Positions 25,926 to 41,249 of a stretch of DNA of 64,000 nt are shown here, one piece after another. The position numbers were made by a program, and so were the translations under genes. This DNA comes from Octopus vulgaris (lineage: Eukaryota). The stretch's first letter is position 1, and each line of letters begins with the position of its first letter. Under the pieces are notes generated by a model, which saw only the letters and a program-made list of their open reading frames with translations, made no database searches and was not told the DNA's origin. The stretch covers positions 48,794,001-48,858,000 of the forward strand of contig OX597815.1 in the NCBI GenBank assembly GCA_951406725.2, given 5' to 3'.

Positions 25926-26120
25926 ACAAGGTGCAATGCAGTGGGACAGAACCGAGAATCTTGTGGCTGGTAAACAAACTTCTTGCCATAAAGGTTTGTG
26001 TCTCACTAAAGATCTTGAATTTTGACTGTCATGTTGTTATATGCCCGTCTGGCTTGGGAACGAAACATTGCAACAATTTTCAATTACTATTGTGTGTGTG
26101 TGTGTGTGTGTATTTGTGTA

Positions 26121-26520
<400 letters not shown>

Positions 26521-26712
26521 TGCCTGTCTCGCCGCTCGGTCACTCTAGCCTCCACCCCCCCTCTCTCTCTCTGTCGTCATCGGCACCACTTGTATCCGAG
26601 TTTGGTTCTTCTGGTGCCTCCATGATGCTTAAACACCCAAACAAAATAGTCCAGACTATTAATGATATACGAAAATAAAATTGTAAGATATACAAATTAT
26701 TGCGCGCGCACG

Positions 26713-26775
<63 letters not shown>

Positions 26776-26895
26776 AGCTATTTAAATGCTCAAGAGACTT
26801 CTGAAATACCTGATATGTATAACCGACATGCTTACATATCTACATGCATGCATACATGCTTACGCACGTGTGTTTGAGTGAGTGAATGCATATGT

Positions 26896-26897
<2 letters not shown>

Positions 26898-26927
<30 letters not shown>

Positions 26928-27010
26928 AAGAAGAAGAAGAAGAAGAAGAAGAAGAAGAAGATGAAAAAGAACAAGAAGAAGAACAAGAACAAGAAGATGA
27001 AGAAGAAGAA
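26898..27010. repeat. (AAG)n microsatellite
   Basis: Directly visible. Confidence 0.95.
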
Positions 27011-27605
27011 TGAGGATGATGATCCGATTTAAATCCTTTTTCCAAAACTTCATTCACACACGCGCGCGCGCGTGCGTGCGCACATTTCCATTCAGTTTTC
27101 TTTCCGGTCGATATACAGTGTTTGCGTGTGTGTACGTGCGTGCGTCCGTGTGTGTGTACGTGCGTGCGTCCGTGTGTGTGTGTGTGTGTGTGTGTGTGAG
27201 TGTGAATGCGTATGAGCGGGTATGTGCTTATAGAGGTTACCTGTGTGGCATAAATGGTTTGTATGTACATGCAAGATGTTCCTGCGAGTGTATACACACA
27301 CACACACGCACGCACACACACACACACACACACACATACGTATATCTTTATGTGTGTATTGGAAAATTGAGAATCGTTTACTGTATAGGTATACATAGTG
27401 ATTATTTTGTAGCTGTGTCTGTTTACTTATGTGTGTGTGTGTGTGTGTATGTGTGTGTGTGTGAGTATGTGTGTGTGTTTGGCTATAGGAAATGTGAATA
27501 AGTATGTTGGTATATGAATGTGCATAAATCTGTATGTATGTATGTGTATTTATATGTATAATAGTAAACTGATATATTTTTTACATGTGTGTGTGTGTGC
27601 GTGCG

Positions 27606-27650
<45 letters not shown>

Positions 27651-27732
27651 GTATGTGTGTGTGTATGGTTTCTGTCAGTTTGGTCTGTATATGAATATGT
27701 AATTGTTCTTATATGTGAATTTGTTCGACCAG

Positions 27733-28157
27733 GGCGGCGAGCTGGCAGAATCGTTAGCACGCCGGGCGAAATGCTGAGCGTTCTGAGTTCAAATTCCGCC
27801 GAGGTCGACTTTGCTTTTCATCCTTTCGGGGGTTGATTAAATAAGTACCAGTTACGCACCGGAGACGATATAATCGACTTAATCCCTTTGTCTATCCTTG
27901 TTTGTCCCCTCTATGCTTAGCCCCATGTGGCAATAGATAAATAAATAAATATATTTAAATGTGGGTTAAGGCGGCGAGCTGGCAGAATCGTTAGCACACC
28001 AGGCAAAAAACTTAGCGGCATTTCGTCCGTCTTTATGTTTCTGAGTTCAAATTCCGCCGGAGTCGACTATGTTAATAAAGTAAGTAGCAGCTGAATAATG
28101 CGGTCGATCTTAGCCACCTCACTGAAATTGCTGGCCTTGTGCCAAAATTCGAAATCA
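27733..28157 (+). mobile_element. Two head-to-tail SINE B copies (T1 tail 27733-27945; T3 tail 27969-28157)
   Basis: Both start ggcggcgagctggcagaatcgttagcac. Confidence 0.85.
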
Positions 28158-29209
28158 ATGATTTAATATGGATGTGTGTTATATTTTACAGTCTAATATG
28201 GATGCGTGTGTGTGTATTTGTGTGTGTGTGTTTGTGTGTGTATGTGTGTGTGTGTGTGTCTGTATGTGTGTGTGTAGATGTGTGTAGGAAATGGGCATGA
28301 GTAAGTTCGTGTTCGCATGTGTATTTAAGCACGGATAGAATAGGATGTGCGTATGGGTATGTTTGTGAGTATGTGTGTGTGTGTGTGGTAATATTTCCTG
28401 CTTTGAGATGTGTGTATGTATATCTGTAAATGTATGAAAAACATGAATGCGGTTATGTTCATGCGTGAATATGTTTTTGTGTATATGTATGCGTTAGAAA
28501 TATGTATGCACATGTTTTTGTGTGAGAATGTTTGTGTGTGCTAAATATGTGTGTCTGCATTTGTGTGTTTCCATACATAACACATACACACACACACACA
28601 TACACACACACATACACAAATATATATACAGGAAATGTAAGTGCGGATATAGCTGTGTGAATCTACATGACTGTAAGTCAATGTATGTATCTCTGTTGTT
28701 CTAAATATATGTGTGCGTGTGTTGTGAGTGTGTGTACGCCTATGTGTATGTCTATACAATATAGATATGTATATATGGGTGGTGGATATGTACAGTTTGT
28801 ATATATCTGCATATATAGGTATGTAGGTATGTGTATATAACTCACGTGTATGTGTGCGTCAGTGACAAGCCGTCCTTCAGTAAACACACACACACACATA
28901 CAATACGCACACACATACATATAATACATACATGCATACACACACACAAACACTACACACGTGAACGTCAGACCTAGCTTATCAGCTACCTTACATGTGT
29001 TACCAATGTGTTTGCCATATGATCAACATCAGCTGAGATGTGAGCTGTACAAGCGGTCTTAATACATATCGCATTATGTATGTCAGCAAACTCCGCGACG
29101 GATATGATTCTCAACATTGAGCACACGCCACGCCACGCCACACACACACACAACATATTTGTACATACACAAGTACGCAAACAAGAACATATATCTATCT
29201 ATCTATCTA

Positions 29210-29290
<81 letters not shown>

Positions 29291-29683
29291 ACCTGTGAAG
29301 TTATACAAGTGACTCAAGAGCCTAGAGATTCGTGCTAGAGCACATTATTACATCATATAGTTTCATAATGTACGGATGTGTGTGTGTGTATGTGTGTACG
29401 TGTGTGTGCGTATGTGTCTGTATATATATGTTCGTGTGTTCCATACTTAGCGATATATATTGAATTCCTTTTCTGTCGTTTGTAAAGCCAGACACACACA
29501 CACACACACACACACTCACACACACATGCATGCATACATACATACACACACACGCTCTTATTCGGAGAGGGAGAAAAAGGGGAAAAGAGCAGCAGAACCG
29601 AGAGTGTATGTGTGTTAATGTGTGAGTATGTGTGTGTGTATGTACATGAGTGTGTGTCTGTGTGTGTGCATCTATATGTGTGT

Positions 29684-29727
<44 letters not shown>

Positions 29728-30198
29728 TATACAGATGTATATATATATACATATATAAATATATATATATATATATATTTATACACACACACACACACAC
29801 ATATATATGAGTGTTCGTTTGTGTGTGTTCGTTTGTGTGTGTGCGCTAGTATGTACATGTAGGTAGTGAGCATGCTCTCATATAGAGAGGTACAGAAAAC
29901 CTGATTGATAAGAAATCAATAACAATAAATAAATAAGTAAATGGACAAACAGATAAATGAATGATGATTAAAGGAGATCGATAAGCATATCCACATATAT
30001 TACGAATCTACTCATTATAGTTTTATTAGTATATATATATATATATATATATATGTGTATATATATGTATATATATATATATACACATATATATATATAC
30101 ATATATATATGTATATATGTATGTATGTATATATACATGTATGTGTGTGTATATATATATATATATATATGTATGTATATATATATATACACATATAC

Positions 30199-30249
<51 letters not shown>

Positions 30250-30383
30250 GAGAGAGAGAGAGGCGGAGGGAGGGAGAGATAGTGAATTTTAGTGAGATAG
30301 TAAAGTTTTAATTTTTTAATATACATATTGAACACATTTCTTATTTCTAATTTTAAATGTGCGAGATATATATTTGCATACAT

Positions 30384-30463
<80 letters not shown>

Positions 30464-30769
30464 GACTGATCTTTTAGAAATTTTTGTAGATTTTCTGCTA
30501 CAAAAATTTCTAAGACCAATATTATGACTATCTTCTACCAATCAAATCCTATTCAGAACATATACTAATTTGAGCCGTGAAGTCCCTATAAGACTGAGAG
30601 AAGGTTCAGACACTAGGCAGAGGCAAGACAGCTGCGACATAAGCCATGTCTTTCTATTTGAACTTTTTGAAAATCAATGTAAACTGTGAAGCCGGCTAAA
30701 TCTTTAAATATAATTAAAAAAATATATTTTAACTATTCTAAGTACATTTTCAACTCATATATATATATA

Positions 30770-30900
30770 TTCTCGTTGAGTTCTACGTCTAGTTGTGGTG
30801 TCCTGTACTCACGTATATATATTTATATATGCCTGTATATGTACATGTAGATGTAGGCACGTACATATATGTTTGTATGTATGCATATATTTTATTTATT
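30770..30900 (+). repeat. Interspersed repeat shared with 50100-50340 (opposite strand), possibly Penelope-derived
   Basis: tctcgttg...tggtgtcctgtac...gtacatgtagatgtagg.acgtacata matches the reverse complement of 50130-50218. Confidence 0.55.
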
Positions 30901-30917
30901 ACACTATATATATATAA

Positions 30918-31115
30918 GGTTAATCCAAACGAGAAAACAGAAAAAATAACAACACAAGGAGGTGGAACATTTAAAGTATTATTATTAGGCGCTCAGGAAA
31001 AAGGGAAGAAGGAGGGTATGACGTTTCGAGCGGAGCTCTTCGTCGGAAACATAAGAGAAAGAAAGATCCCGAGGCGGGCGAACAGGAGGGGAAAAAACGC
31101 GACTGGTTTTCACGA
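30918..31115 (-). mobile_element. Short Penelope-like repeat with hammerhead motif (31017-31050)
   Basis: Minus strand: gttt-CCGACGA-a-GAGC-tcc-GCTC-GAAAC-GTC. Colinear with 54620-54818. Confidence 0.6.
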
Positions 31116-31879
31116 AGTAAACATGCTACACTCGCTTACACATGCACAAATATTGTTGAACTTTGAAACTTCGAGAACATGAAATAGCGATTTTATTTTG
31201 TGAAGTGGGGTATCTCGAAACAGATTATTGGGTTTAAAAAAACACCTTAAAAAAAAATAATAATAACCGAAGGCTGCCCGCGTTACATACTTATAGGAAA
31301 TGTCGATTTGTGTCCTACGAGTTGCCTCCAGGTTTTTACACAAAAAAACGGGCCTTTTTACATTAAAAAATCGGGCCTTTACACTCTAAAACTTCTTCGA
31401 GATTCATCGTTCCAATATAAATATATACACAGCCTCGTGGATTATTCAAAAGTAATTTTAGCGTTATATACGTAACATCATAAGTCTTGGGATATGTTGT
31501 TTCTCTTCGTCTTTCCAGTCCTACCATCGAATTCCATGACTCAGAAATTCTAAGAAAAGCGGGTCTAGCTACGTTGCTCTCGATACTGTCAGTCATTGAA
31601 AACCACTCGGGCAGGGAAGTATGTATTGATGGACAAGTGACCAGGATCTCAGTTATACTGTGACGTTTTTAGGACAGAGACTGTCCAGTCATCTTTAGAA
31701 AATGATATGTTTAAAAAAATTCTGGATTACTTTGAAAACGTTGTGCTATCATGAATATTCGGAAATATTAATTTCAGTGACATTTTCTAAATACAGCAGA
31801 AACAATTGTCGGCTTTGTAGGGTGAATTCTACAATTAAAGATGTGATTTTGTCCATACATACATACATACATACATACA

Positions 31880-32121
<242 letters not shown>

Positions 32122-32122
<1 letters not shown>

Positions 32123-32477
32123 TATTTTACTCTTTTACTTGTTTCAGTCATTTGACTGCGGCCATGCTGGAGCACCGCCTTTAGTCGACCAAATCGACCG
32201 CTGGACTTATTCTTTGTAAGCTTAGTACTTATTCTATCGGTCTCTTTTGCCGAACCGCTAACTTACGGGGACGTAAACACGCCAGCATCGGTTGTCAAAC
32301 GATGTTGGGAGGACAAACACACACACACACACACATATATATACGACAGGCTTCTTTCAGTTTCCGTCTACCAAATCCACTCACAAGGCTTTGGTCGAGC
32401 CGAGGCTATAGTAGAAGACACTTGCCCAAGGTGCCACGCAGTGGGACTGAACCCGGAACCATATGGTTGGTAAGCAA
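32122..32477 (-). mobile_element. SINE A, near-consensus, extreme head missing
   Basis: High identity to 42577 and 47868 copies. Confidence 0.9.
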
Positions 32478-32499
32478 ATCGTTGCAGAATAGTAAAAGA

Positions 32500-33590
32500 A
32501 ACCTTAGAACCTCGGCAGAATTTGAACTTAAAAACGTAAAGACAGAGACGAAATGCCACGAAGCATTTTGTCCGGTAGGCTATCGATTCTACCACCTTAC
32601 CCTCTTAAATACTCTGCAGGTTCCGAGGATTTGACCCCCAAGGCAAATAATAATAGTAATCCATTTTACAATAGGCACCAAGCCAGCAATTTCGAAGGAG
32701 GGGTTAAATCGAATACATCGACCTCAATGCTCCATTGGTATCTATGACATCGATTCCGACAGGATAAAAGACAAAATCGACCTTGGCGGAATTTGAACTC
32801 GGAATGTAAAGTCAGACGAAATGTCACTAAGCATTTTGTCCGGCGTGCTAAGGATTCTGCCAGCTTGCCGCCTTAAATAATAATTCTTTCCAATGTTGGC
32901 ACAAAACTGAAATTCCAGAAGAGGGAGTAAATCGAATGTATCGACCCCAGAGCTCAGTTGCTGCTTATTTTTATCTACTCCGAAAGGATGAAGAGCAAAG
33001 TCCATCTCGGCGAAGTTTGACCTCAGAACGCAAAACCGGAAGAAAATGTCGCTAATCATTCCGTCTGGCTCGCCGTCTTTAATAATTGTTTCTGAAATAG
33101 GCTCAAAGCAACAGATTTTGAGGGAAATTAGTAAGTCGTTACTACCGACACCAGTTCTTGACTGGTACTATATTTCATCAACCATGAAAATATAAAAGGC
33201 AAAGTTGACCTCAGCGGGATTTGAACTCAGGACATAAAGAGTCAGAACAAATACTATAAAACATGATTTACGGCGTTCTAACGATTCTACCAGTACGCCC
33301 CTTTTGTTATTTCTAAATTAAACCAAAGTCCAGTAATCCTGAGTGAGGGATAAATCCAATAAATTCACTCTACTACTTGACAAACATTTTATTCTATCGG
33401 CCACGGAAGTGTGCGGGAGCAAGGATAATGATGGCGGGATTCTGAGTTCAAATCCTGCTATGGTCAGTTTTACTTAATATCCTTTCGCGGTCGATAAAGA
33501 TAAAGCATCTGTCAAGTACTGGGGGCGGGGGTCAATGGAATTCACTAACCTCTCTCACAAAAATGCTAACCTTGTGCCTTAATCAGAATC
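32500..33590 (-). mobile_element. Array of about five degenerate SINE B units (last one on +)
   Basis: Repeated gacct(c/t)ggcggaatttgaactc and ggcacaa..cc motifs separated by aataat spacers. Confidence 0.75.
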
Positions 33591-33926
33591 TAGCAAAAAA
33601 TATCCCAAGGTAGCGATGACGACGACGACCGATGCCGCCGCCACTGCCTTCTACTCTTCCTCTTCCTCCTCCTCCTTCCTCCTTCCTCCTTCTCTACCTC
33701 CTTTATTTTCATTTTGTTTAACCCCTATCTTTTACTGGAGATAATGTTTCGTCCGATGGAATCTCTATATACTGTACTTTCAGTATTGAGTGTAAGCGTC
33801 TAACAATTTTTCCCTCTTTTACTACCATAGCGTATATATATAAAACTAAATACTTGTAAACATGTATAGTTATTTGTATATGTGTGTGTATGTATATAGG
33901 CATGCTTGTGTGTGTGTGTTTGTATA

Positions 33927-33981
<55 letters not shown>

Positions 33982-34127
33982 GTATGTATATGCATCTATG
34001 TATGTATTTATGTGTATAAGCATATTATAATAGAGGAAGGCTAGTTTTATGCATTTGGGGAAAAAATTTTAACTGTCAAAACTTATCCTATACAATCTAA
34101 ATCAGACCCACACATCACTGGGTTGTT

Positions 34128-34350
34128 CGGCAAGCTGGCAGAACCGTTAGCGCGCCGGACAAAATGCACAACGACATTTCGTCCGTCTTTACGTTCTGAG
34201 TTCAAATTCCACCCAATTCGATTTTGCCTTTCATCCTTTCGCGGTCGATAAAAGGAATACAAGTTGAGCGCTGCTGTCAATGTAATTGACTAGCTACCCT
34301 TCACCAAATTTTGGCCTTGTGCCTTTAGTAGAAAGAGTTATTATTATTAT
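34128..34350 (+). mobile_element. SINE B, tail T2 + (ATT)n
   Basis: cggcaagctggcagaaccgttagc...ggccttgtgcctttagtagaaagag(tta)n. Confidence 0.85.
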
Positions 34351-34381
34351 TATTACTTTTCGTTATATGCAATAGAATATA

Positions 34382-34805
34382 AGCGCAGGAGTGACTGTGT
34401 GGCAAGTAGCTTGCTTACCAATCACATGGTTCCGGGCTCAGTCCCACTGAGTGGCACCTTGGGCAAGTGTCTTCTACTATATATTTCTTTACTACCCACA
34501 AGGGGCTAAACACAGAGGGGACAAACAAGGACAGACAAAGGGATTAAGTCGACTACATCGACCCCAGTGCATAACTGGTACTTAATTTATCGACCCGAAA
34601 GGATGAAAGGCAAAGTCGACCTCGGCGGAATTTGAACTCGGAACGTAACGGCAGACGAAATACGGCTACGAATTTCGCCCGGCGTGCTAACGTTTCTACC
34701 AGCTCGCCGCCTTTTGTGTCTTCTACTATAGCCTCGGGCCGACCAAAGCCTCGGGAGTGCATTTGGTAGACGGAAACTGAAAGAAGCCCGTCGTATATAT
34801 CTATC

Positions 34806-34838
<33 letters not shown>

Positions 34839-34958
34839 ATATGTTTGAATAAATACTAGGCTTCCAAAGAATAAGTCCTGGGGTCGATTTTCTCGACTAA
34901 AGGCGGTGCTCCAGCACGGCCACAGTCAAATGACTGAAACAAGTAAAAGAGTAAAAGA
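34382..34958 (+). mobile_element. SINE A carrying a nested SINE B
   Basis: Head 34382-34481; resumes at 34716; tail aaacaagtaaaagagtaaaagag. Confidence 0.88.
34482..34715 (-). mobile_element. SINE B (T1) with 15-bp TSD
   Basis: TSD gtgtcttctactata at 34467-34481 and 34716-34730. Confidence 0.92.
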
Positions 34959-35125
34959 GAAGCCGTATTAAATTAAAATAGCCATCTGTATATCATACTT
35001 AATACATCGTTGAAAGACAAAATTACTGTGCTATTCGTTCAGTGATAATGTTTTAATGGACTTATCTCCTCCCTCGAAAATTGCTGCCCTTGTGGCAAAA
35101 TTTGAAACCATCATTATTATTATTA

Positions 35126-35615
<490 letters not shown>

Positions 35616-36470
35616 CGTTATATGCAATAGAAGCAGTATTAAATTAAAATAGTCATCCTTGTATCATCGTTGAAAGAGAAAATTATTGTACTATTCGTCC
35701 AGTGATAACATATTTTTATGGATGTGCTGTTTTTAGATGTATATAAGACAGAGACAAAAATCGTCTCAGCAGCGGCTAACGAGACCACCAGACGCACTTC
35801 GTCGTTATTGCGCCTTGTCAGTGACATAAATAATAATAACAAACTCTTTGATCCCAACATTTGCGAGTATCATAAAAATAAAACTGAAGAAAAAGCTTCA
35901 AATAACCAAAAATATATTTTTTTACTTGTTTTTCTCTTCCATGCAGCATTTTACCGTTCTTTTCGATCTTTTTCATTTTTTTTTTCATCCAGATATCAAA
36001 TAAAGGAGCGCAATTAAAATTGTATATAGTTCATTGACCAAAGTAACAAAATACAAAATAGAATTAAATAAGTATTTACTTCCAAGTCAAAATGAAGAGA
36101 ACGGAGAATGCAGACGAGATTCAAAAGATAATTTTTTTTACACAGTAATGCGAAAGAGGATCAGTTTTAAAACTTCACAAAACGCCAAAAACCAAGTTTT
36201 TATTGGTCAGTTTCGGAAACGTTCACCCTTCCATACTTATGATTTTTTTCCCGTGTGTGTGTGTGTGCGTGAGAGAGAAAGAGAGAGAGAGAGAGATAGA
36301 AGAATATATATATTCTTAATCAAGAAAATTAACAACCCAAATGCCGTTTCAAATTTTGATGGTTTGAATTCTAATCCTGCAATATTATCGCGGTTTCAGG
36401 AGGTTCAATGACTTTTGCCGAGTATAAGTTTCATCTCTCTCACTGTTTCTCTCTTAGTATGGGGGTAAGA

Positions 36471-36474
<4 letters not shown>

Positions 36475-36530
<56 letters not shown>

Positions 36531-36570
36531 GACATACATATACACACACAAATACATATATAGATGCATA

Positions 36571-36601
<31 letters not shown>

Positions 36602-36971
36602 GTATATGTGTGTGTGTGTGTGGGGTGGTGTATACATAAGATGAGAGAGAGAGAGGGAGAGAGAGAGAGGGGAGAGAGAGAGAGACTTTTAATTTTGAAC
36701 TTCAGTCCCATTGTCCAATACGTAATGGTAAGAGTTTTCTATAGCTTGGTGTTGACTCTCTCTCATCATATATGTATATACATATATATAAATATATATA
36801 TATTTAGATAGATAGATAGATACATAGATAGATAAATGCATATATAGAGAGATATACATATATCCATGGGTACATACGTATACGTATTTATATACATGTA
36901 TATACATATAATATATACACATACATACTTACGTGTGTACATGCGCGCACGTCTATATACATATATCTATG

Positions 36972-37063
<92 letters not shown>

Positions 37064-37327
37064 TGTATATTCAAATATATATATATATATATATATATAT
37101 GCATATATGTATATATATATGTACATACATATATGCATATATATATATATATATGTACATACATATATGCATATATATATAGACAGAGAGAGATATATAT
37201 ATCCATGGATATATATGTATGCGTATACGTATAAACCTATATACATACATATATATATATATATATACATACATACATATTTATATATATATACATATAC
37301 ATATGCATACATACATATACGTAGATG

Positions 37328-37368
<41 letters not shown>

Positions 37369-37471
37369 ATATATATGTATATATATATTTAATCATATGT
37401 ATAAATATATATATATATATACGTATATATATAAGTATATATATAAGTATATATATATGCATATATATATG

Positions 37472-37510
<39 letters not shown>

Positions 37511-37672
37511 TTATGTGTGTGTATATATATATATATAAATATATGCATTATATAAAACATGTGTATATGTATGTATAGGTATTTATGTTATATAATATGA
37601 CATTTATACATATATAGCTTACGACATATATACAGACACACGTGCACATACACATATATATGTGTGAGTGTG

Positions 37673-37703
<31 letters not shown>

Positions 37704-38044
37704 GTATATATATATATATATATATACACACGCAAATATGTTTTGTACGTACACACACGCACACATGCACGCACACTTTGTAATAACGAGATATTTCGTT
37801 CGATATTCCTAGGTGATTGCTTTTGCTGCATCGATCTCCAATACATACATAGATTTATATAGATAGATAGATACATGCACACATCCATAAGTACCTATGT
37901 GTATGTGTGTGTACGTGTGGCAGTGTGTATGTATGTGTGTTCGTGTGTGTGTGTGTATACTTAAATGTAGATAAGGAAAAGTCTTTGTGCAAACTTTCAA
38001 AAGTGTTTGCCTAATGGAGATAGTTCAGTACATACAAACTGACA

Positions 38045-38098
<54 letters not shown>

Positions 38099-38131
38099 CA
38101 TATATATATACATATATATATATACATATAT

Positions 38132-38178
<47 letters not shown>

Positions 38179-38262
38179 GGCACATACATGCATATATACA
38201 TACATACCTACATACATACATTCATACATACATACATACTTGCATACATGCATACATGTATA

Positions 38263-38317
<55 letters not shown>

Positions 38318-38325
38318 TATATATA

Positions 38326-38407
<82 letters not shown>

Positions 38408-39158
38408 CGTATATAGATATGTAGATATATATAAATATATACATATACGTATATAAATATATACATATAAACGTATATACGTATGCCTGTATCCATGCAT
38501 CAATGTAGAGAAAGATACGGCGAGGCTGAAAGATTGGATAGAGAGAACTAAGCTTCCAACTTGAAAGAGATATGTACAAAACACACACACACACACACAC
38601 ACATACACACACACACTCATGCGTATACATACATACATACAGACAGACAGACACACACACAGACACATATAAGCAGACATGCACACATACTTACATGCAC
38701 ACTCCGAGTGATAAAGACGAACGTATATTGGGGATGGAAAGCGGCCTTGTGGTATTTCTTACGTGCCAACGTGTGTATGTGTGCGCGAGCTCACTGTATT
38801 AACTGAGATTGTGATGTAAGATTACAAACGTGGAGATATCTGTGGTGCTATGTGCGAGAGTTTGATTGTATACATACATACATATATATGTATATATATA
38901 TATATACATATATATGTATATGTATGCATATATATATGTATATATATATATATGTATATGTATGTATGCATATATATATATATATGTATATATATTTGTG
39001 TATATATATATATATATATATATACATACACAAATACACACACACTCATACCTGTGTATAGACATGAACGTACAAGAAGTGTAAGATACCACTGCATTAA
39101 TTTAGATTGTATTGTATGATATTTTCTTTCTTTCTCTCTCCCTCTCCTCTCTCCCCCC

Positions 39159-39189
<31 letters not shown>

Positions 39190-39200
39190 CATATACATAC

Positions 39201-39286
<86 letters not shown>

Positions 39287-39300
39287 ACATGAATACATAC
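36475..39300. repeat. Extended (TA)n/(TATG)n/(CA)n microsatellite field with short unique islands
   Basis: Directly visible. Confidence 0.9.
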
Positions 39301-39850
39301 ATAAAGAATACATACACACACATATGTAGTTATGTATGAAAGCATTTATATAGGCATATATCTAAGATACATATACATATATGAATGCATGAAAGCCTGT
39401 ACGTATGTATGTATATATATATATATGTTCAAATAATGTTTAATACATCATATGTAACTATCTATATTTATATCATATACATTATATGTATATACTTTAT
39501 GATATATGTTATATGTCATATACACATTATATATCATATATACATTATGAATAAGGTATCATATATCATATATGATATAATATATTTGTAGAACGTTTAC
39601 CCCGACTTGCTTGCACTCATACATGATTGTGATTGTGTGTGTGTTTGTGTGTGTATGTAGAAGATATGAACATAGTACTCTTAAACGATGCTAAGATGGA
39701 TATTAAAATTGATGTCAGTTTGAACCCGGGTCCAACTACCTTCTATAAATATGGTTTGACGGGGAAGCTGATGGTGTGGCGTTGCGAACAGGTCGTGTTT
39801 TGCAAGTACCTTATGCCCAGCCTATGCATGAAATTATATATATATATATA

Positions 39851-39912
<62 letters not shown>

Positions 39913-39913
<1 letters not shown>

Positions 39914-41090
39914 TTATGTTTGACTTTTGCTTTGCATTTGGCTCCAAGTCTTACCCAGAGACCTCAAGAGACAAGTTAGAAGTTCATGTTGGTGTTATGC
40001 CTAGGGAGCCATACATTTCATTTTGTACATAGTATTATTCTAGTGAATGTTTAAGAACCCATAAGAAAATTATGATTTTGTTTTAAAATTTGAGATTACA
40101 TAGTAAGTATTTTACGTAGGATATGGGCAGTTTCCATGGGCGCTATCTTTTGAATTTCTGCCATTTTGGGGTTTCCTGGTGTCTGAGCTAGGTAGCGATC
40201 AGCCCATTTTACTATCATTCCTAGGGCACCTATGACAACAGGTATTGTTCTAGTCTTCAGATTCCACATTTTGTTAATTTCTATTTCAAGATCTTTATAC
40301 TTGCTCAGTTTTTGTAGTTCTTGACAGATACGTGAATACCGATCGGGATAGTCACATCAATGAGGAGGCATGATTTTTGTCTGACGTCTTTCAATACAAT
40401 ATCCGGCCTGTTTGCATCTATCTTTCTAACACTTTGAATGGTGAAGTTCCAGAGTAGTGAGATGTGATCATTTTCAAGCACTGGAGGTGGTTTGAGTTCC
40501 CACCAGTTTTTATCATGTGGCAAGTCCAGGTTTTTGCAAATTACCCAGTGAATATATTGAGCAGCTCTATCATGCCTGTTGAGATACTCTGTAGGCGCAA
40601 GAAGACTGCACGTGGAGACAACATGATCAATGGTTTCATTTTGTAGTTGACATACACGACGTTGGAAAGCTACCGTTCTTTAATATGTTGACCTGTAGTT
40701 TCTTGTAGGTAAGCATTGATCTTGGGCTGCTATGATAAACCCTTCTGTTTCTGATTTTAAGCCAGAAGCCATTAGCCATTGATGGGTAAGGGCTTTGTCA
40801 ACATCGGCTATTGAAAGGTTTTTCTTGCCATTTATCAGCGAGAATATCTAAGGCAGCAGTTTTAGCACGGGTTTTCATACGCTTAGCTTTTTCTCTGCTT
40901 GTTCCTAGTGCGTCAAATTCTGGAATTTGTATTTGGAATTCACTTATATATTCCTTTGCCTGTTTTGTTACTGAGTATGATGCTTTCTTGTTTTCATGTT
41001 TTGAGACAAGTTTTAACATGCAATCCTCAGAGTTTTTCAGGTAGGTGTCTAGGCCAATTGTGGTAATCTTCATTGTTTGTTCTTCATTCT

Positions 41091-41092
<2 letters not shown>
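39913..41092 (-). mobile_element. 5'-truncated R4/Dong-clade (RLE) non-LTR retrotransposon in (TAA)n
   Basis: Minus translation: THQWLMASGLKSETEGFIIAAQDQCLPTRNY / RVCQLQNETIDHVVSTC (CCHC-type) / YLNRHD / NRPDIVLKD..LLIDVTIP / KYKDLEIEI..IPVVIGALG..HILRKILTM* (stop 40096-98). (tta)n flanks at 39851-39912 and 41093-41168. Confidence 0.9.
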
Positions 41093-41169
<77 letters not shown>

Positions 41170-41249
41170 GGCGGCGAGCTGGCAGATTCGTAGGCACGCC
41201 GTGGGAAGCAAGCCCTTATAAGTGTGGTTATGCTTCTGCTGTGATTTAC

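Noticed and set aside
32500-33300. Regularly recurring motif resembling a CRISPR-like array
   Set aside because: Units are ~180-200-bp degenerate SINE B copies in a eukaryotic context; no spacers or cas genes.
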